Assembly: GCA_964291655.2 (NCBI GenBank)
Contig: OZ219802.1
Coordinates: 1,856,001-1,920,000 of the forward strand
Reading direction: 5' to 3'
DNA from: Chloroflexota bacterium
GTDB taxonomy: Bacteria; Chloroflexota; UBA11872; VXOZ01
Length of the DNA: 64,000 nt
Part shown: in pieces, positions 58,878 to 64,000 of the stretch
How the letters are laid out: every line of letters starts with the position of its first letter
How positions within the stretch are numbered: the first letter of the stretch is position 1
Position numbers and translations under genes: made by a program
Notes under the pieces: generated by a model
What the model was told of the DNA's origin: nothing
Databases searched by the model: none
What the model saw: only the letters and a program-made list of their open reading frames with translations

Positions 58878-61343
58878 ATGCGTGTATCACTCCGCTGGCT
58901 CGAAGAGTATGTAGCAATCAAGCTACCGGCTGAAGAGTTGGCACATGAGTTGACGATGGCCGGCATAGAGGTCGCACAGGTCATTCAGATCGGCGACTTC
59001 TGGCAGAACACGTTTGTCGGCACGGTCGTGGACCTCAAGGGCCATCCCAACGCCGATCGCCTGCAGCTTGTCACCGTTGATTACGGGCAAGAAGAACAAC
59101 CCACGTTCGTAACCGGCGCTATGAACATCGCCAAAGGCGATAAGGTGCCGGTGGCGCTGCTTGGCGCCGTGCTCAATGATGCCTATAGCGATACGCCACA
59201 GCGCATCGAGCTTAAGCCGGTCGTCCTGCGGGGAGTCAAGTCCGAAGGCATGGTCTGCTCTGCCAGAGAGCTTGGCTTGGGCGAAGACCATGAAGGCATT
59301 CTGATCCTCGATGCCGAGGCGCCGGTGGGCACGCCGCTCCAAGAATACATGGGCGATACAATCCTGGAACTTGATCTCAAGCCCAACCGCAGCGATTGTC
59401 TCGCTATGATTAACGTGGCCCGGGAAGTTTCGGCAATTACGGGAGAACGCTTGCGCCAACCGGCAACGCACAGAATAGACACGCCAACGCTTCCCGTGGT
59501 GCGTGTGGATATCAAAGAGCCGAAGTTCTGTGCGCGCTATGCGGCGGGCGTTGTCATAGACGTGACGATTGGGGCGTCGCCGCGCTGGATGCAAGAGCGG
59601 CTGCTGGCAGCAGGCATGCGTCCCATCAATAACATCGTGGACATCACAAATTACGTGATGCTGGAGTTTGGGCAACCGCTCCACGCCTTCGACTACGACA
59701 AGGTAACGGACGGAAACATCATCGTCCGGCGCGCTCACTTGGGCGAGAAACTAACCACCCTGGACGGAGAAGAGCGGACATTGGCTGCCGGCATGCTGGT
59801 CATCGCCGACCCCAACGGTCCTATCGCCCTGGCAGGCGTGATGGGCGGTCTGGATTCAGAAGTGACCGAGCGGACCACGCGCATCCTGTTGGAATCCGCC
59901 AGCTTCCACGCTACGTCGATCCGCCGCACGCGGCAAGCGCTTAACTTACCCAGCGAGGCATCCCGAAGGTTCGAACAGGGCGTGCCGCCGGAATTAGCTC
60001 CCATTGCGCGGGATCGCGCCATCGAACTCATCGTCGAGATTGCCGGCGGACGCGCCCGCAGCCACGCCGCGGATTCTTACGTCCGCCCGCAGCAACGCCC
60101 GGAGATTGAACTCTCCGAAGAGGACATTTCGCGGCTGCTCGGCATGGACATTCCCTTGACGACAGCCGCCGAGAAACTCCGGCCCTTGGGCTTCTCGTAT
60201 CGCCGTCAGAACAGCCGGCTGCACGTCACGGTGCCGCTCCACCGGCTGGACGTAAGCTGCTCAGCCGACCTCGTTGAGGAAGTCGCCCGCCTGGTAGGCT
60301 ACGACAACATTCCCACCACTATGCCGTCCGGCCCTTTGCCGGAAGCAGAGCCCGTACCGCTGCGCACGTGGACGGACCGGGCCAAACAGATACTGGTGGG
60401 CGCGGGCTTTGCGGAAGCGATCACTTACACGCTGACGAATGCGGCGCGGATGGGTCGCCTCTTGCCAAAGGGGGTGGCGGCTGAATTGCCCGACGGCCTG
60501 GCGCGCGTCGTGGCCGAATCAGTGCTGCCGCTGCACTCCTCTCCCCTTGACCTCAAGAACCCCTTTACTTCGGAGGCCAGCGCGCTGCGCACCGTGACGC
60601 TCGCGGGTCTGCTGGAGACGCTGGCAGGCAACCTCCGCCGCCAGACAAGCGACGTGCACCTCTTTGAGATAGCGCCCGTATTCCTCCCCGTGCGCTCCAA
60701 GCTGCCGGAGGAACGCCGCCTGCTCACCGCCGTGATGGGAGAATTCCGCACCGAGCAGTGGGGCGCCCGCGCCGAGAATACTTTCTATACGATCAAGGGC
60801 GCGGCGGAACAGGTTCTGCGGCAGTTCGGTATCACGGACTATGGCTTCGCGCCGGTGGAGCATCCGACATTTCATCCCTACCGGGCCGCGGCGGTGACCG
60901 TGCGCCAGGACGAAGAAGATCACGTGGTAGGCATTGTGGGCGAAATCAACGCAGAGGTGAGCGCCGCATTCGATATCGATCAACGGGCGCTGGCCTTGGT
61001 GCTCAATCTCCAGGAGTTGGTGTCTCTGGCCCGCGCCACACCGGTGTTCACGCCGCCGTCACGTCATCCTGCCGTGGTGCAAGACCTGGCGATTGTGCTG
61101 GATGCGGAAATCTCCGCCGAGCGGGTGGTAGAGGAAGTGCGCGGGGCAGGCGGCGATCTGCTGGAGAGCGTCGATCTCTTCGATGTCTACCAGGGCCCGC
61201 AAGTCCCCGACGGCAAGCGCAGCCTGGCCTACACCCTCACCTTCCGCGCCCCCGAACGCACGCTCAATGACGCCGAAGTAACCACCATCCGCGACCGTAT
61301 CATCGCCAAGCTGCAGGCATCCCTCAACGCCACATTGCGTTAG
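58878..61343 (+). CDS. pheT: Phenylalanyl-tRNA synthetase beta subunit
   Basis: HPNADRL, PNRSDCL, VDITNYV, GQPLHAFD, DLVEEVAR, FDX-ACB domain. Confidence 0.97.
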   Translation: MRVSLRWLEEYVAIKLPAEELAHELTMAGIEVAQVIQIGDFWQNTFVGTVVDLKGHPNADRLQLVTVDYGQEEQPTFVTGAMNIAKGDKVPVALLGAVLNDAYSDTPQRIELKPVVLRGVKSEGMVCSARELGLGEDHEGILILDAEAPVGTPLQEYMGDTILELDLKPNRSDCLAMINVAREVSAITGERLRQPATHRIDTPTLPVVRVDIKEPKFCARYAAGVVIDVTIGASPRWMQERLLAAGMRPINNIVDITNYVMLEFGQPLHAFDYDKVTDGNIIVRRAHLGEKLTTLDGEERTLAAGMLVIADPNGPIALAGVMGGLDSEVTERTTRILLESASFHATSIRRTRQALNLPSEASRRFEQGVPPELAPIARDRAIELIVEIAGGRARSHAADSYVRPQQRPEIELSEEDISRLLGMDIPLTTAAEKLRPLGFSYRRQNSRLHVTVPLHRLDVSCSADLVEEVARLVGYDNIPTTMPSGPLPEAEPVPLRTWTDRAKQILVGAGFAEAITYTLTNAARMGRLLPKGVAAELPDGLARVVAESVLPLHSSPLDLKNPFTSEASALRTVTLAGLLETLAGNLRRQTSDVHLFEIAPVFLPVRSKLPEERRLLTAVMGEFRTEQWGARAENTFYTIKGAAEQVLRQFGITDYGFAPVEHPTFHPYRAAAVTVRQDEEDHVVGIVGEINAEVSAAFDIDQRALALVLNLQELVSLARATPVFTPPSRHPAVVQDLAIVLDAEISAERVVEEVRGAGGDLLESVDLFDVYQGPQVPDGKRSLAYTLTFRAPERTLNDAEVTTIRDRIIAKLQASLNATLR

Positions 61344-61401
61344 TTAGCGTGCTGAGGGAGAGAGATTAGTAAATTCGCCGCTGGTTTTGGCTAGTTAAGA
61401 C

Positions 61402-62055
61402 TCACTCAATTCCGGCGAGCTTACGAATCCCGTCGCGAAAAACCTGGAAACTCTTAGACTGGTTCCTCTCAACATCCATGTGCGGCGCGATGTTGCGGGC
61501 CCAATCACATTTTGCCTCCCCTGTTACCGGGTAGCCTTCTCGTTTCAATCGCGCTGCTCCGCCTGGATGGATTGCGTCCGCAAGGACCTCCCACGTGCCG
61601 CAGATACTGTCTTGCTCGTAACGGTTTAGAACTGGTTCTCTCGCTTTAGGATACGCGGCCTTCACGGCATTGGGGTCTCCCAGCAACCACGCCTCGCCTT
61701 CCTCGATAGCAATTCTAAAGAGCGTCGTTGGGCGCGGATAACATGAATACAGGACATTTAACAACTCTCTCTTAAGTGTCATGCAGTCGCGCCTGTCCAG
61801 GTCAACAACCACAATTACCGCAAAGCCCTCTTGCAAACTTTTACCGTAGCCCCTCAATACCTGTGGGAGTTGATTCAGTAGTAGCCGTTTCTGTTTGTCT
61901 ACCGATTCACGTAAGTCAGTTGGCAAGCGGCCTATACCCTTGTAGGCATGCACTCTCCAGGAATGAACCGAAGGGTCAGTACCAAGAATCCGCTCCAGTA
62001 TTTGCTCAAGTGCAATGCTGCCCGATGCATCTTCAACCAGCACCTCAAAGTGCAT
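61402..62055 (-). CDS. TOPRIM-like protein (DUF4276-like)
   Basis: EVLVED, VVVDLD, IEEGEAWLLGD, SKSF; overlaps the ATPase stop. Confidence 0.65.
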   Translation of the reverse strand: MHFEVLVEDASGSIALEQILERILGTDPSVHSWRVHAYKGIGRLPTDLRESVDKQKRLLLNQLPQVLRGYGKSLQEGFAVIVVVDLDRRDCMTLKRELLNVLYSCYPRPTTLFRIAIEEGEAWLLGDPNAVKAAYPKAREPVLNRYEQDSICGTWEVLADAIHPGGAARLKREGYPVTGEAKCDWARNIAPHMDVERNQSKSFQVFRDGIRKLAGIE

Positions 62056-63352
62056 TCGGCTCTCTCCACTCCAGGTAGTCACTGTACCAGAGACCTCCAA
62101 GCGGCAAGCCCTCGTCCACCATGGAAATGACAATCGGGTCGTCGCTGGCTCGTCGGATAGTGGCAAATCCATCCGCTTTTTTTTCTAAGACCCAGGTTTC
62201 ATCCGGCCTTAGTGCGTCAACGAAGTAAGGCTGATGCGTTGTAACGAAGATTTGAGGTGCGTTTTTTCTCCCAGTAGCATGTCGGCGAAACTCTTGAGCC
62301 AGTATCTCAAGCAGCCTATGGTAAAGGCCGTTCTCGGGCTCTTCAATGCAAATGAAAGGCGGCGGATGTGGATCTTCTAGCATGAGGAGATAGGCAAAGA
62401 CCTTGAGCGTGCCGTCGGACATTTGCTGTGCGTAGAAGGGATCTAAAAAACCTCGGTCACTAAAGCGCAGCAACAATCGCCCATCAGGGCTCCGTTCCGT
62501 TTCTACTTGCTTGATGCCGGGAATACGTCCAGCGATTCGTGCTAGAATTCGCTCGAACCTGTCTGGATGTTCTCTTTCCATAAATTGGACTACGTTGCCA
62601 AGATTGTCTCCATGCGCGTTCAATCGCCTTTGCGGGCCCGCCAAAGGCAGACTGCGGGCGGCGTCCGGTGTAAAATAGCTCAAGTACCACCCTTCAATAA
62701 ACTGACGAAATGCAGCAATCCTGGGATGCTGTTTTAGGGCACCAAGAGTTGAAATGCCAAGCCTACGTTTGTCCTGAAGCTCTACAAACTCAGTTTCCGC
62801 CTTCTCCTCACCTGCCAATTCACGCATGAATTCAACTAAGTCGATCCTAACTGTCCCATCTTCATCCACTTGTCGTCCTTGCGCATCACCCTTCCAGGCC
62901 ACGCCTACACCCTCGTTCATCATCAAGAATGAAAAAGGCCAACCACGTCTTTGCCCCTTACGACGTTGGCGCAAACGCTCGCGAGCTACATACGGGCGCC
63001 CCGAATCATCCAGATCAATTGCAACTTCATAGGTTATCGGCCGCGCTCTTGTCTCTTCCCTGTAGTAGATCGCGAACTCAATTGGCTCACTACTTCCTTG
63101 CGCGCGAATTCGCTCGAAGCCACCTCGCCCACTCGCATCGCATGCCTCTTCGATGCCCAGTTTGAGGCAGTCTGCCAAGAAGCCAAAGGCATCAAAAAGG
63201 GAACTCTTGCCCACACCATTCTTGCCAATCACCGCCGTCATGGGAGTCAGTGGTTGCGCAGCCTGAGTATTCCAGAGCTTTCCAAGTGTAATATCCTTGA
63301 GTACCCTATAGTTTTTGATTCTGATCCCCTCTATTCTTGCCATGACGGACAC
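62045..63352 (-). CDS. AAA_21/ABC-type ATPase
   Basis: IKNYR, GKNGVGKS, MSDGT, IEEPENGL, TTH. Confidence 0.88.
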   Translation of the reverse strand: MSVMARIEGIRIKNYRVLKDITLGKLWNTQAAQPLTPMTAVIGKNGVGKSSLFDAFGFLADCLKLGIEEACDASGRGGFERIRAQGSSEPIEFAIYYREETRARPITYEVAIDLDDSGRPYVARERLRQRRKGQRRGWPFSFLMMNEGVGVAWKGDAQGRQVDEDGTVRIDLVEFMRELAGEEKAETEFVELQDKRRLGISTLGALKQHPRIAAFRQFIEGWYLSYFTPDAARSLPLAGPQRRLNAHGDNLGNVVQFMEREHPDRFERILARIAGRIPGIKQVETERSPDGRLLLRFSDRGFLDPFYAQQMSDGTLKVFAYLLMLEDPHPPPFICIEEPENGLYHRLLEILAQEFRRHATGRKNAPQIFVTTHQPYFVDALRPDETWVLEKKADGFATIRRASDDPIVISMVDEGLPLGGLWYSDYLEWREPNAL

Positions 63353-63457
63353 TACCTCTTTTTACCCTGAAGTTTTCAGGAACATCGCAGTTGTTCTGAT
63401 AGTCTTCTCACTAGCCCAATCGCTACTATAGCAACTTTCCAAAATGCAGCTGTTCGT

Positions 63458-64000
63458 CTAAGACGCGTGGGCTTTTTCGAGCGCGCCGTCGCGTTCCAGG
63501 ACGGCGCGGAGGTAGACGCCGGTGTAGGAGTGGGGCAGGTGGGCCAGCGTTTCCGGGGTGCCTTCGGCGATGAGTTCACCGCCGGCGTCGCCGCCCTCGG
63601 GGCCGAGGTCGATCACCCAGTCCACGCACTTGATTACTTCCAGGTTGTGCTCGATCACGATCACCGTATTGCCGGTGTCTACGAGGCGTTGCAGCACCTC
63701 CAGCAGGCGTTCCACGTCGGCGAAGTGCAGGCCGGTGGTGGGTTCGTCCAGGATGTAGAGCGTGCGGCCGGTGGCGCGTTTGGAAAGCTCAGAAGCTAGC
63801 TTGATGCGTTGCGCCTCGCCGCCGGAGAGCGTGGTGGCGGGCTGTCCCACGCGCATGTAGCCCAGGCCCACGTCCACGAGCGTTCTGAGTTTATTGTGAA
63901 TGCTGGGTATGTTTTCAAAGTATGCGTTGGCCTCGTCGATGGTGAGGTCGAGCACGTCGGCGATGGTCTTGCCCTTATAGGTGATTTCCAGCGCCTCGCG
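63458..64000 (-). CDS. uvrA: Excinuclease ABC subunit A, C-terminal part (runs off the window)
   Basis: [39 protein letters not shown]. Confidence 0.95.
   Translation of the reverse strand, partial: REALEITYKGKTIADVLDLTIDEANAYFENIPSIHNKLRTLVDVGLGYMRVGQPATTLSGGEAQRIKLASELSKRATGRTLYILDEPTTGLHFADVERLLEVLQRLVDTGNTVIVIEHNLEVIKCVDWVIDLGPEGGDAGGELIAEGTPETLAHLPHSYTGVYLRAVLERDGALEKAHAS

Overview
GC-rich bacterial chromosome, probably Chloroflexota (inferred from the gene and repeat style). The first ~26 kb holds a colinear tailed-phage virion module with all ORFs open: TerS-like protein, holin-like protein, TerL, portal, protease-scaffold-capsid fusion, adaptor, head-closure protein, two paralogous tail proteins, a propeller/hub protein and an OB-fold spike. 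It is divergent from a lexA-like repressor and a sigma factor. No integrase, replication, endolysin, sheath or tape-measure gene was recognised. Almost every intergenic gap is filled with host REP/BIME arrays, ISs and MITEs, the pattern expected of a domesticated gene-transfer-agent (GTA)-like system rather than a recent prophage. A second theme is nested mobile DNA: three IS1182, three IS481, their non-autonomous derivatives and a GAGACCTTTGC-ended MITE all sit in one hairpin repeat (CCCTCTCC-loop-GGAGAGGG), often inside one another. The rest comprises decayed TA modules, a CoA/amino-acid catabolic cluster, ftsB-dut-tilS, a P1B ATPase, pheST behind a structured non-T-box leader, an ATPase/TOPRIM-like pair and the 3' end of uvrA. 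All assignments come from reading motifs by eye; no searches were run.
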